A stretch of DNA of 64,000 nt, from assembly GCF_036365525.1 (NCBI RefSeq), contig NC_090378.1, positions 117,599,593-117,663,592 of the forward strand. The letters run 5' to 3'. Within the stretch, counting starts at the first letter, position 1; the number at the start of each line of letters is the position of its first letter. The notes below the pieces were generated by a model. The model searched no databases, was not told the origin of the DNA, and saw only the letters and a program-made list of their open reading frames with translations. Made by a program: the position numbers and the translations under genes. Shown in pieces: positions 12,201 to 27,400 of this stretch. The stretch comes from Heterodontus francisci (taxonomy: Eukaryota).

Positions 12201-15200
12201 ACCTCACAATCCAGTCTGTGTACTCAGGTACATCACACTTCACAATCCATTCTGTGTACTCTGAACATCACACTTCACAATCCAGTCTGTGTATTCAGGT
12301 ACATCACACTTTACAATCCAGTCTGTGTACTAAGATACATCACCCTTCACAATCCAATCTGTGTACTCAGGTACATCACACTTCACAATCCAATCTGTGT
12401 ACTCAGGTACATCACACTTCACAATCCAGTCTGTGTACTCAGGAACATCACACTTCACAATCCAGTCTGTGTACTCAGGAACATCACACTTCACAATCCA
12501 GTCTGTGTACTCAGGTACATCACACTTCATAATCCAGTCTGTGTACTCAGGAACATCACACTTCACAATCCAGTCTGTGTACTCAGGAACATCACACTTC
12601 ACAATCCAGTCTGTGTACACAGGTACAGCACACTTCACAATCCGGTCTGTGTACTCAGGTACATCACACTTCACAATCCAGTCTGTGTACACAGGTACAT
12701 CACACTTCACAGTCCAGTCAGTGTACTCAGGTACATCACACTTCACAATCCAGTCCGTGTTCTCAGGTACATCACACTTCACAATCCAGTCTCTGTACTC
12801 AGGGACATCACACTTCGCCATCCAGTACGTGTACTCAGGTACATCACACTTCACAATCCATTCTGTGTACTCAGGTACATCACACTTCACAATCCAGTCT
12901 GTGTTCTCAGGTACATCACACTTCACAATCCGTTCTGTGTACTCAGGTACATCACACTTCACAATCCGGTCTGTGTACTCAGGTACATCACACTTCACAA
13001 TCCAGTCTGTGTACTCAGGTACATCACTCTTCACAATCCGGGCTGTGCACTCAGGTACATCACACTTCACAATCCAGTCTGTGTACTCAGGTACATTACA
13101 CTTCACAATCCAGTCTGTGTACTCGGGTACATCACACTTCACAATCCAGTCTGTGTACTCAGGTACATTACACTTCACAATCCAGTCTGTGTACTCAGGT
13201 ACATTACACTTCACAATCCAGTCTGTGTACTCAGGGACATCACACTTCACAATCCAGTCTGTATACTCAGGTTCATCACACTTCACAATCCAGTCTGTGT
13301 ACTCAGGTGCATCACACTTCACAGTCCAGTCTGTGTACTCAGATACATCACACTTCACAATCCAGTCTGTGTACACAGGTACATCACACTTCGCAAACCA
13401 GACTCTGTACTCAGGTACATCACACTTCACAATCCAGTCTGTGTACTCAGGTACATCACACTTCACAGTCCAGTCTGTGTGCTCAGATACATCACACTTC
13501 ACAATCCAATCTGTGAACTCAGATACATCACACTTCGCAATCCGGTCTGTGTACTCAGATACATCACATTTCACAATCCAGTCTGTGTACTCAGGTACAT
13601 CACACTTCACAATCCAGTCTGCGTACTCAGGAACATCACACTTCACAATCCAGTCTGTGTAATCAGGTATATTACACTTCTCAATCCATTCGGTGTACTC
13701 AGGAACATCATACTTCACAATCCAGTCTGTGCACTCAGGTACATCACACTTCACAATCCAGTCTGTGTACTCAGGTACATCACACTTCACAATCCAGTCT
13801 GTGTGCTCAGGAACATCACACTTCAAAATCCAGTCTGTGTACTCAGGTACATCACACTTCTCAATCCAGTCTGTGTACTCAGGTACATCACACTTCACAA
13901 TCCAGTCTGTGTACTCAGGTACATCACACTTCACAACCCAGTCCGTGTTCTCAGGTACATCACACTTCACAATCCACTCCGTGTACTCAGGTACATCACA
14001 CTTCACAATCCAGTCTATGTACTCAGGTATATCACACTTCACAATCCAGTCTGTGTAATCAGGTATATCACACTTCTCAATCTAGTCTGTGTACTCAGGA
14101 ACATCACACTTCACAATCCAGTCTGTGTACTCCGGTACATCACACTTCACAATCCAGTCGGTGTACTCAGGTACATCACACTTCACAATCCAGTCTGTGT
14201 ACTCAGGTACATCACACTTCACAATCCAGTCTGTGTACTCAGGTACATCACTCTTCACAATCCGGGCTGTGCACTCAGGTACATCACACTTCACAATCCA
14301 GTCTGTCTGCTCAGGTACGTTACACTTCACAATCCAGTCTGTGTACTCGGGTACATCACACTTCACAATCCAGTCTGTGTACTCAGGTACATCACACTTC
14401 ACAAATCTGTCTGAGTACTCAGGTACATCACACTTCACAATCCAGTCTGTGTACTCACGTACATCACACTTCACAATCCAGTCTGTGTACTCAGGAGCAT
14501 CACACTTCACAGTCCAGTCTGTGTACTCAGATACATCACACTTCACAATCCAGTCTGTGTACACAGGTACATCACACTTCGCAAACCAGACTCTGTACTC
14601 AGGTACATCACACTTCACAATCCATTCTGTGTGCTCAGATACATCACACTTCACAATCCAATCTGTGTACTCAGATACATCACACTTCACAATCCGGTCT
14701 GTGTCCTCAGGTACATCACACTTCACAATCCAGTCTGTGTACTCAGGTACATCACACTTCACAATCCAGTCTGTGTACTCAGATACATCACACTTCACAA
14801 TCCGGTCTGTGTCCTCAGGTACATCACACTTCACAATCCAGTCTGTGTACTCAGGTACATCACACTTCAGAATCCAGTCTGTGTACTCAGGAACATCACA
14901 CTTCACAATCCAGTCTGTGTACTCAGGTGCATCACACTTCACAATCCAGTCTGTGTACTCAGGAACATCACACTTCACAATCCAGTCTGTGTACTCAGGA
15001 ACATCACACTTCACAATCCAGTCTGTGTACTCAGGTACATCACACTTCACAATCCAGTCTGTGTACTCAGGAACATCACACTTCACAATCCAGTCTGTGT
15101 ACTCAGGAACATCACACTTCACAATCCAGTCTGTGTACACAGGTACAGCACACTTCACAATACGGTCTGTGTACTCAGGTACATCACACTTCACAATCCA

Positions 15201-18200
15201 GTCTGTGTACACAGGTACATCACACTTCACAGTCCAGTCAGTGTACTCAGGTACATCACACTTCACAATCCAGTCCGTGTTCTCAGGTACATCACACTTC
15301 ACAATCCAGTCTGTGTACACAGGTACCGCACACTTCACAATCCGGTCTGTGTACTCAGGTACATCACACTTCACAATCCAGTCTGTGTACACAGGTACAT
15401 CACACTTCACAGTCCAGTCAGTGTACTCAGGTACATCACACTACACAATCCAGTCTGTGTACTCAGGTACATTACACTTCACAATCCAGTCTGTGTACTC
15501 AGGTACATTACACTTCACAATCCAGTCTGTGTACTCAGGGACATCACACTTCACAATCCAGTCTGTATACTCAGGTACATCACACTTCACAATCCAGTCT
15601 GTGTACTCAGGTGCATCACACTTCACAGTCCAGTCTGTGTACTCAGATACATCACACTTCACAATCCAGTCTGTGTACACAGGTACATCACACTTCGCAA
15701 ACCAGACTCTGTACTCAGGTACATCACACTTCACAATCCAGTCTGTGTACTCAGGTACATCACACTTCACAGTCCAGTCTGTGTGCTCAGATACATCACA
15801 CTTCACAATCCAATCTGTGAACTCAGATACATCACACTTCGCAATCCGGTCTGTGTACTCAGATACATCACATTTCACAATCCAGTCTGTGTACTCAGGT
15901 ACATCACACTTCACAATACAGTCTGCGTACTCAGGAACATCACACTTCACAATCCAGTCTGTGTAATCAGGTATATTACACTTCTCAATCCATTCGGTGT
16001 ACTCAGGAACATCACACTTCACAATCCAGTCTGTGCACTCAGGTACATCACACTTCACAATCCAGTCTGTGTACTCAGGTACATCACACTTCACAATCCA
16101 GTCTGTGTGCTCAGGAACATCACACTTCAAAATCCAGTCTGTGTACTCAGGTACATCACACTTCTCAATCCAGTCTGTGTACTCAGGTACATCACACTTC
16201 ACAATCCAGTCTGTGTACTCAGGTACATCACACTTCACAACCCAGTCCGTGTTCTCAGGTACATCACACTTCACAATCCACTCTGTGTACTCAGGTACAT
16301 CACACTTCACAATCCAGTCTATGTACTCAGGTATATCACACTTCACAATCCAGTCTGTGTAATCAGGTATATCACACTTCTCAATCTAGTCTGTGTACTC
16401 AGGAACATCACACTTCACAATCCAGTCTGTGTACTCCGGTACATCACACTTCACAATCCAGTCGGTGTACTCAGGTACATCACACTTCACAATCCAGTCT
16501 GTGTACTCAGGTACATCACACTTCACAATCCAGTCTGTGTACTCAGGTACATCACTCTTCACAATCCGGGCTGTGCACTCAGGTACATCACACTTCACAA
16601 TCCAGTCTGTCTGCTCAGGTACGTTACACTTCACAATCCAGTCTGTGTACTCGGGTACATCACACTTCACAATCCAGTCTGTGTACTCAGGTACATCACA
16701 CTTCACAAATCTGTCTGAGTACTCAGGTACATCACACTTCACAATCCAGTCTGTGTACCCACGTACATCACACTTCACAATCCAGTCTGTGTACTCAGGA
16801 GCATCACACTTCACAGTCCAGTCTGTGTACTCAGATACATCACACTTCACAATCCAGTCTGTGTACACAGGTACATCACACTTCGCAAACCAGACTCTGT
16901 ACTCAGGTACATCACACTTCACAATCCATTCTGTGTGCTCAGATACATCACACTTCACAATCCAATCTGTGTACTCAGATACATCACACTTCACAATCCG
17001 GTCTGTGTCCTCAGGTACATCACACTTCACAATCCAGTCTGTGTACTCAGGTACATCACACTTCACAATCCAGTCTGTGTACTCAGATACATCACACTTC
17101 ACAATCCGGTCTGTGTCCTCAGGTACATCACACTTCACAATCCAGTCTGTGTACTCAGGTACATCACACTTCAGAATCCAGTCTGTGTACTCAGGAACAT
17201 CACACTTCACAATCCAGTCTGTGTACTCAGGTGCATCACACTTCACAATCCAGTCTGTGTACTCAGGAACATCACACTTCACAATCCAGTCTGTGTACTC
17301 AGGAACATCACACTTCACAATCCAGTCTGTGTACTCAGGTACATCACACTTCACAATCCAGTCTGTGTACTCAGGAACATCACACTTCACAATCCAGTCT
17401 GTGTACTCAGGAACATCACACTTCACAATCCAGTCTGTGTACACAGGTACAGCACACTTCACAATCCGGTCTGTGTACTCAGGTACATCACACTTCACAA
17501 TCCAGTCTGTGTACACAGGTACATCACACTTCACAGTCCAGTCAGTGTACTCAGGTACATCACACTTCACAATCCAGTCCGTGTTCTCAGGTACATCACA
17601 CTTCACAATCCAGTCTCTGTACTCAGGGACATCACACTTCGCCATCCAGTACGTGTACTCAGGTACATCACACTTCACAATCCATTCTGTGTACTCAGGT
17701 ACATCACACTTCACAATCCAGTCCGTGTTCTCAGGTACATCACACTTCACAATCCGTTCTGTGTACTCAGGTACATCACACTTCACAATCCGGTCTGTGT
17801 ACTCAGGTACATCACACTTCACAATCCAGTCTGTGTACTCAGGTACATCACTCTTCACAATCCGGGCTGTGCACTCAGGTACATCACACTTCACAATCCA
17901 GTCTGTGTACTCAGGTACATTACACTTCACAATCCAGTCTGTGTACTCGGGTACATCACACTACACAATCCAGTCTGTGTACTCAGGTACATTACACTTC
18001 ACAATCCAGTCTGTGTACTCAGGTACATTACACTTCACAATCCAGTCTGTGTACTCAGGGACATCACACTTCACAATCCAGTCTGTATACTCAGGTACAT
18101 CACACTTCACAATCCAGTCTGTGTACTCAGGTGCATCACACTTCACAGTCCAGTCTGTGTACTCAGATACATCACACTTCACAATCCAGTCTGTGTACAC

Positions 18201-21200
18201 AGGTACATCACACTTCGCAAACCAGACTCTGTACTCAGGTACATCACACTTCACAATCCAGTCTGTGTACTCAGGTACATCACACTTCACAGTCCAGTCT
18301 GTGTGCTCAGATACATCACACTTCACAATCCAATCTGTGAACTCAGATACATCACACTTCGCAATCCGGTCTGTGTACTCAGATACATCACATTTCACAA
18401 TCCAGTCTGTGTACTCAGGTACATCACACTTCACAATCCAGTCTGCGTACTCAGGAACATCACACTTCACAATCCAGTCTGTGTAATCAGGTATATTACA
18501 CTTCTCAATCCATTCGGTGTACTCAGGAACATCACACTTCACAATCCAGTCTGTGCACTCAGGTACATCACACTTCACAATCCAGTCTGTGTACTCAGGT
18601 ACATCACACTTCACAATCCAGTCTGTGTGCTCAGGAACATCACACTTCAAAATCCAGTCTGTGTACTCAGGTACATCACACTTCTCAATCCAGTCTGTGT
18701 ACTCAGGTACATCACACTTCACAATCCAGTCTGTGTACTCAGGTACATCACACTTCACAACCCAGTCCGTGTTCTCAGGTACATCACACTTCACAATCCA
18801 CTCTGTGTACTCAGGTACATCACACTTCACAATCCAGTCTGTGTAATCAGGTATATCACACTTCTCAATCTAGTCTGTGTACTCAGGAACATCACACTTC
18901 ACAATCCAGTCTGTGTACTCCGGTACATCACACTTCACAATCCAGTCGGTGTACTCAGGTACATCACACTTCACAATCCAGTCTGTGTACTCAGGTACAT
19001 CACACTTCACAATCCAGTCTGTGTACTCAGGTACATCACTCTTCACAATCCGGGCTGTGCACTCAGGTACATCACACTTCACAATCCAGTCTGTGTGCTC
19101 AGGTACATTACACTTCACAATCCAGTCTGTGTACTCGGGTACATCACACTTCACAATCCAGTCTGTGTACTCAGGTACATCACACTTCACAAATCTGTCT
19201 GAGTACTCAGGTACATCACACTTCACAATCCAGTCTGTGTACCCACGTACATCACACTTCACAATCCAGTCTGTGTACTCAGGAGCATCACACTTCACAG
19301 TCCAGTCTGTGTACTCAGATACATCACACTTCACAATCCAGTCTGTGTACACAGGTACATCACACTTCGCAAACCAGACTCTGTACTCAGGTACATCACA
19401 CTTCACAATCCATTCTGTGTGCTCAGATCCATCACACTTCACAATCCAATCTGTGTACTCAGATACATCACACTTCACAATCCGGTCTGTGTCCTCAGGT
19501 ACATCACACTTCACAATCCAGTCTGTGTACTCAGGTACATCACACTTCACAATCCAGTCTGTGTACTCAGATACATCACACTTCACAATCCGGTCTGTGT
19601 CCTCAGGTACATCACACTTCACAATCCAGTCTGTGTACTCAGGTACATCACACTTCAGAATCCAGTCTGTGTACTCAGGAACATCACACTTCACAATCCA
19701 GTCTGTGTACTCAGGTGCATCACACTTCACAATCCAGTCTGTGTACTCAGGAACATCACACTTCACAATCCAGTCTGTGTACTCAGGAACATCACACTTC
19801 ACAATCCAGTCTGTGTACTCAGGTACATCACACTTCACAATCCAGTCTGTGTACTCAGGAACATCACACTTCACAATCCAGTCTGTGTACTCAGGAACAT
19901 CACACTTCACAATCCAGTCTGTGTACACAGGTACAGCACACTTCACAATCCGGTCTGTGTACTCAGGTACATCACACTTCACAATCCAGTCTGTGTACAC
20001 AGGTACATCACACTTCACAGTCCAGTCAGTGTACTCAGGTACATCACACTTCACAATCCAGTCCGTGTTCTCAGGTACATCACACTTCACAATCCAGTCT
20101 GTGTACTCAGGTACATCACACTTCACAATCCAGTCTGTGTACTCAGGAACATCACACTTCACAATCCAGTCTGTGTACACAGGTACAGCACACTTCACAA
20201 TCCGGTCTGTGTACTCAGGTACATCACACTTCACAATCCAGTCTGTGTACACAGGTACATCACACTTCACAGTCCAGTCAGTGTACTCAGGTACATCACA
20301 CTTCACAATCCAGTCCGTGTTCTCAGGTACATCACACTTCACAATCCGTTCTGTGTACTCAGGTACATCACACTTCACAATCCGGTCTGTGTACTCAGGT
20401 ACATCACACTTCACAATCCAGTCTGTGTACTCAGGTACATCACTCTTCACAATCCGGGCTGTGCACTCAGGTACATCACACTTCACAATCCAGTCTGTGT
20501 ACTCAGGTACATTACACTTCACAATCCAGTCTGTGTACTCGGGTACATCACACTACACAATCCAGTCTGTGTACTCAGGTACATTACACTTCACAATCCA
20601 GTCTGTGTACTCAGGTACATTACACTTCACAATCCAGTCTGTGTACTCAGGGACATCACACTTCACAATCCAGTCTGTATACTCAGGTACATCACACTTC
20701 ACAATCCAGTCTGTGTACTCAGGTGCATCACACTTCACAGTCCAGTCTGTGTACTCAGATACATCACACTTCACAATCCAGTCTGTGTACACAGGTACAT
20801 CACACTTCGCAAACCAGACTCTGTACTCAGGTACATCACACTTCACAATCCAGTCTGTGTACTCAGGTACATCACACTTCACAGTCCAGTCTGTGTGCTC
20901 AGATACATCACACTTCACAATCCAATCTGTGAACTCAGATACATCACACTTCGCAATCCGGTCTGTGTACTCAGATACATCACATTTCACAATCCAGTCT
21001 GTGTACTCAGGTACATCACACTTCACAATCCAGTCTGCGTACTCAGGAACATCACACTTCACAATCCAGTCTGTGTAATCAGGTATATTACACTTCTCAA
21101 TCCATTCGGTGTACTCAGGAACATCACACTTCACAATCCAGTCTGTGCACTCAGGTACATCACACTTCACAATCCAGTCTGTGTACTCAGGTACATCACA

Positions 21201-24022
21201 CTTCACAATCCAGTCTGTGTGCTCAGGAACATCACACTTCAAAATCCAGTCTGTGTACTCAGGTACATCACACTTCTCAATCCAGTCTGTGTACTCAGGT
21301 ACATCACACTTCACAATCCAGTCTGTGTACTCAGGTACATCACACTTCACAACCCAGTCCGTGTTCTCAGGTACATCACACTTCACAATCCACTCTGTGT
21401 ACTCAGGTACATCACACTTCACAATCCAGTCTGTGTAATCAGGTATATCACACTTCTCAATCTAGTCTGTGTACTCAGGAACATCACACTTCACAATCCA
21501 GTCTGTGTACTCCGGTACATCACACTTCACAATCCAGTCGGTGTACTCAGGTACATCACACTTCACAATCCAGTCTGTGTACTCAGGTACATCACACTTC
21601 ACAATCCAGTCTGTGTACTCAGGTACATCACTCTTCACAATCCGGGCTGTGCACTCAGGTACATCACACTTCACAATCCAGTCTGTGTGCTCAGGTACAT
21701 TACACTTCACAATCCAGTCTGTGTACTCGGGTACATCACACTTCACAATCCAGTCTGTGTACTCAGGTACATCACACTTCACAAATCTGTCTGAGTACTC
21801 AGGTACATCACACTTCACAATCCAGTCTGTGTACCCACGTACATCACACTTCACAATCCAGTCTGTGTACTCAGGAGCATCACACTTCACAGTCCAGTCT
21901 GTGTACTCAGATACATCACACTTCACAATCCAGTCTGTGTACACAGGTACATCACACTTCGCAAACCAGACTCTGTACTCAGGTACATCACACTTCACAA
22001 TCCATTCTGTGTGCTCAGATACATCACACTTCACAATCCAATCTGTGTACTCAGATACATCACACTTCACAATCCGGTCTGTGTCCTCAGGTACATCACA
22101 CTTCACAATCCAGTCTGTGTACTCAGGTACATCACACTTCACAATCCAGTCTGTGTACTCAGATACATCACACTTCACAATCCGGTCTGTGTCCTCAGGT
22201 ACATCACACTTCACAATCCAGTCTGTGTACTCAGGTACATCACACTTCAGAATCCAGTCTGTGTACTCAGGAACATCACACTTCACAATCCAGTCTGTGT
22301 ACTCAGGTGCATCACACTTCACAATCCAGTCTGTGTACTCAGGTACATCACACTTCACAATCCAGTCTGTGTACTCAGGTACATCACACTTTACAATCCA
22401 GTCTGTGTACTCAGGAACATCACACTTCACAATCCGGTCTGTGTACTCAGGTACATCACACTTCACAATCCAGTCTGTGTACTCAGGAACATCACACTTC
22501 TCAATCCAGTCTGTGTACTCAGGAACATCACACTTCACAATCCAGTCTGTGTCCTCAGGTACATCACACTTCACAATCCAGTCTGTGTACTCGGGTACAT
22601 CACACTTCACAATCCAGTCTGTGTACTCAGGTACATCACACTTCACAAATCTGTCTGAGTACTCAGGTACATCACACTTCACAATCCAGTCTGTGTACTC
22701 ACGTACATCACACTTCACAATCCAGTCTGTGTACTCAGGAGCATCACACTTCACAGTCCAGTCTGTGTACTCAGATACATCACACTTCACAATCCAGTCT
22801 GTGTACACAGGGACATCACACTTCGCAAACCAGACTCTGTACTCAGGTACATCACACTTCACAATCCATTCTGTGTGCTCAGATACATCACACTTCACAA
22901 TCCAATCTGTGTACTCAGATACATCACACTTCACAATCCGGTCTGTGTCCTCAGGTACATCACACTTCACAATCCAGTCTGTGTACTCAGGTACATCACA
23001 CTTCACAATCCAGTCTGTGTACTCAGATACATCACACTTCACAATCCGGTCTGTGTCCTCAGGTACATCACACTTCACAATCCAGTCTGTGTACTCAGGT
23101 ACATCACACTTCAGAATCCAGTCTGTGTACTCAGGAACATCACACTTCACAATCCAGTCTGTGTACTCAGGTGCATCACACTTCACAATCCAGTCTGTGT
23201 ACTCAGGTACATCACACTTCACAATCCAGTCTGTGTACTCAGGTACATCACACTTTACAATCCAGTCTGTGTACTCAGGAACATCACACTTCACAATCCG
23301 GTCTGTGTACTCAGGTACATCACACTTCACAATCCAGTCTGTGTACTCAGGAATATCACACTTCTCAATCCAGTCTGTGTACTCAGGAACATCACACTTC
23401 ACAATCCAGTCTGTGTCCTCAGGTACATCACACTTCACAATCCAGTCTGTGTACTCAGGAACATCACACTTCTCAATCCAGTCTGTGTACTCAGGAACAT
23501 CACACTTCTCAATCCAGTCGGTGTACTCAGGAACATCACACTTCTCAATCCGGTCTGTGTACTCAGGTACATCACACTTCACAATCCAGTCTGTGTACTC
23601 AGGTACATCTCACTTCACAATCCAGTCTGTGTACTCAGGAACATCACACTTCAAAATCCAGTCTGTGTACTCAGTTACATCACACTTCTCAATCCAGTCT
23701 GTGTACTCAGGTACATCACACTTCTCAATCCAGTCTGTGTACTCAGGTACATCTCACTTCACAATCCAGTCTGTGTACTCAGGAACATCACACTTCAAAA
23801 TCCGGTCTGTGTACTCAGGTACATCACACTTCTCAATCCAGTCTGTGTACTCAGGTACATCACACTTCTCAATCCAGTCTGTGTACTCAGGTACATCTCA
23901 CTTCACAATCCAGTCTGTGTACTCAGGAACATCACACTTCACAATCCAGTCTGTGTACTCAGGTATATCACACTTCTCAATCCAGTCGGTGTACTCAGGA
24001 ACATCACACTTCACAATCCAGT
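9224..24022. repeat. 36-bp minisatellite array, about 410 copies, consensus CCAGTCTGTGTACTCAGGTACATCACACTTCACAAT, with 2.3-2.6 kb higher-order blocks
   Basis: Visible 36-bp periodicity; diagnostic variant units recur at spacings of 2304, 2520 and 2592 bp. Confidence 0.98.
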
Positions 24023-24499
24023 ATGAATACAACATGCAGTGTTTCACTCACAAGTCATATCCTAATTCTACTTTATCTACATCTACATTCCATTCATACT
24101 GCCACTGAATCAGAGCACATCAAAGATACATAAAAGTGATTTCAGAATAACCACATGGAGCCAGCAAAGGCTCTTTATTCCTCTCTATCCCTTCAAATCA
24201 TCCTGTTTCAATGGTTATATTGCCCTCTGAAGCTCCATGATTATATTGCTGTTACAAATTCCTCTGATGATTTGAATAATATAAACACAAGTGAGCAGAT
24301 TAACATTTCCAGAGTATCAGCGACATGGATGAGTGAATTGCAGTACAAGTAGAGGCCACCCCAATGTCTGAGTGCTCCAGTCGAAGCTCAGACTGTGGTA
24401 TTGTAATCTGAGCTTGCTGCCACACAGGCTCAGACTGCTGCCATCATGGCTGTGGATGCCAGTGCTCAAAGGGGCTTGCAGGCTCACCCAGCAGCCCAG

Positions 24500-27400
24500 C
24501 ACCAAGTGCAGCTTGATGGAGTACTGCTTCAACAGATACCTAACTCGGAGAATTGGGGATTGAGGGAATTCAGTGCAATGACTGAAGAGATTCTATTCTG
24601 ATCTTTTGCAAAACACGGAGCAGTCTGAGTGATGAAGCGGGAGACAGCGAGACCTGGTGATCAGCTCTAAGTGTTTCTAGATACTAGTCTAGAAAGTAAA
24701 ACATGGCAGGGAACCTCAGCCCCGTGGAATACACACCCTGTGTCATGTGGGAAATCCTGGACACTTCTCATGACCTGAATGACCACATGTACAGGAAGTG
24801 TCACCGGTTACAGCAGCTCGAGCTCTGGGTTTCGGAGTTTGAGCAGTGACTGGAGTCACTATGCAGCATCCACGAGGCTGAGAGCTTTCTGGAGGTGGTC
24901 ACCCTACAGTTTTAAAATGTGCTGGCAGAGGGGGGGATGGGTGAGGGCCAGAAGAACAAGGAGGACCAGGCATGCAGGACAGTGATCCCATGAGTGCGTC
25001 TCAATCTCTAACTGGTATTCAGTTCTGAATACTGGTCAGAGTGATGGTTCCACTGGGGTGTGCAGGCAGAGCCAAGTCCACAGCACCATGGGTGTCTCAG
25101 CTGTACAGGGAGGGAGGAAGAAGAGTTGAAGAGCAATAGTGGGAGGGACTTCGATAGTGAGGAGAATAGACAGGTGATTCTGTGACTGCAGAGGTGTTAC
25201 CATGATGGTATGTTGCCTCCCTGGTGCCAGGGACAAGGATATCACTGAGCGTCAGCAGGACATTCTGACAGGGGAGAGTGAACAGCCAGAGGTCGTGGTC
25301 CATATTGGCACCAATGACAGAGGCAGAAGGAGGGATGAGGTCCTGAGGCAGAATTTAGGCAGCTAGGAGGGAGATTGAAAAGCAGAACCTCAAAAGTATT
25401 AATCTCTAGATTACTCCCAGTGCCACGTATTAGTGATTACAGAAATAGGAAGATAGAACTGATGAATACATAGAGCTGGAGAGATTATGCAGGAGGGAGG
25501 GCTTTAGATTCCTGAGGCTTTGGGACTGCTTCTGGAGGAGGTGGGACCTGGACAAGACGGACTGTTTGCAAATCAACAGGGCCGGGACCAATATCCTCGC
25601 AGTGAGTTTTACTCGTGCTGTTGGGGAGAGTTTAAACTAGCTGAGCACAGGGATGGGAACCTGAGAGTAGATTCAGAAGAGAGAGAAGTAAAGTTGGAAA
25701 TGGAAGGCAGTTAATTAGTCAGCGTGTTTGGAAGGCAGAGAAAACGAAGGTTAGAAAATAAACAAGGGAGTTTGACAGAGCTAAATAATATATACTTCAA
25801 TACAAGTTGAGGAAATAAGGCAGATGAGCTGAGAGCACAGATTGACACATGGCAGTATGATATTATAGCTATTACTGAGACACGGCTGAAAGAAGGGCAG
25901 GAATGGCAGCTCAACATTCCTAGTTACAGGGTTTTCAGACGAGACAGAGATGGGGATATCTCAGGAGGGGGTGAGTTGCAATATTGATTAAAGAAACAAT
26001 TATAGCTGTGAGGAGAGAAGATATGGTAGAAGGATAAACAAATGTTGCCATATGGGTTGAACTGAAGAACAAAACAGGGGCAATCACACTACTGGGAGTG
26101 TGCTATAGACCCTGAAACTGTTCGAAGGAGAGAGAAGAGCAAATATGTAGACAAATTTCAGAATTGCAAAAACAATTAAACAGTAATAGTGGGGGATTTC
26201 AACTGCCCCAATATTAACTGGGGTAGAGTTTATGTGAAAGACTCAGTGGTCACAGAATTCTTCAAATGCATTGAGGAGAACATTGTTATCCAGTATGTAT
26301 CAAGGCCAACAAGAGGGATTGTGAGACTGGACATAATTTTAGGGAATGAAGCTGGGCAGGTGGAAGGGGGATCGGACGGGGCGCACTTTGATGGAAGTGA
26401 TCATAATTCAGTTAGATTTAGAATAGTTATGGAAAAGGACAAAGACAGACCAGGAATAAAAGTTCTCAACTGGGGAAAAGCTAATTTTACTAAGCTGAAA
26501 TGTGATTTAGCAAAATGGGATTGGAAACAGTCACTTGAAAGTAAATCAGTGCTGGATCAGTGGGAGGCATTCAAGGAAGAGATAGTAAGGATTCAGAGCA
26601 AGTATGTTCCCTTAAAGAAAAAGGGTGGGACTAACAAATCCAGAGTCTTGTGGATGTCAAGGGGCTGAAAGGAGAGGATAAAGTAAAACAGGAAGATTAA
26701 TGACAGATACCAAGGCAGAAAATCGAGAGGAGTATAAAAAGTGTAGGGGTGAAATTAAAAAGGAAATTAGGAAAGCAAAGAGAGGGCATGAAAAAAATTG
26801 GCAAGTCAAATAAAATCAAGAAAACTGAAGGTTGTTCTATAAATACGGAAAGGCACGATTATAATGAAAGAAAGAGTAGAGCCTATTTGGGTCCACCAGG
26901 GTAACCTGTGGATGAAGGAGGAGGATTCGCATTTATTTTCACTGAAGAGAGGGATGATACAGAAATTGCAATCAGGGAGGAGGAGTGTGCAATGTTAGAT
27001 AAAACTAATATAATGAGATGAGATATTAAGGGATTTAACATGTTTGAAAGTGGTTAAATCACCAAGCCCAGATGAAATGCATCCTAGGCTGTTAAATGAA
27101 GCAAGAGAAGAAACAGCAGAGGCTCTGACCATCATTTTCCAATATTCTCTGTCTACAGGTGTGGTGCCAGAGGACTGGAGGCCAGTTCACATTGTACCAT
27201 TGTTTAAAACGGGAGAAAGGAATAGACCGAGTAATTATAGGCCAGTCAGCCTACCTCCAGTGGTGGGAAAAATATTGGAAAAAGCTCTGAGGGACAGGAT
27301 AAATCTTCATTTAGACAGACATGGATTAGTCACAGACAGTCAGCATGGATTTGTTGAGGGAAGGTTGTGTCTGACTACAGTGATTAAATTTTTTGAAGAG

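Noticed and set aside
9224-24022. CRISPR-like array (36-bp repeat length)
   Set aside because: Units are head-to-tail with no unique spacers, there are no cas genes, and the context is vertebrate.
9189-24133. Many 300-880 aa ORFs on both strands (VKCDVPEYTDWI, SGTSHFTIQSVY and similar)
   Set aside because: The 36-bp unit is a multiple of 3 and lacks stops in four frames; overlapping ORFs on both strands and no gene structure indicate artefacts.
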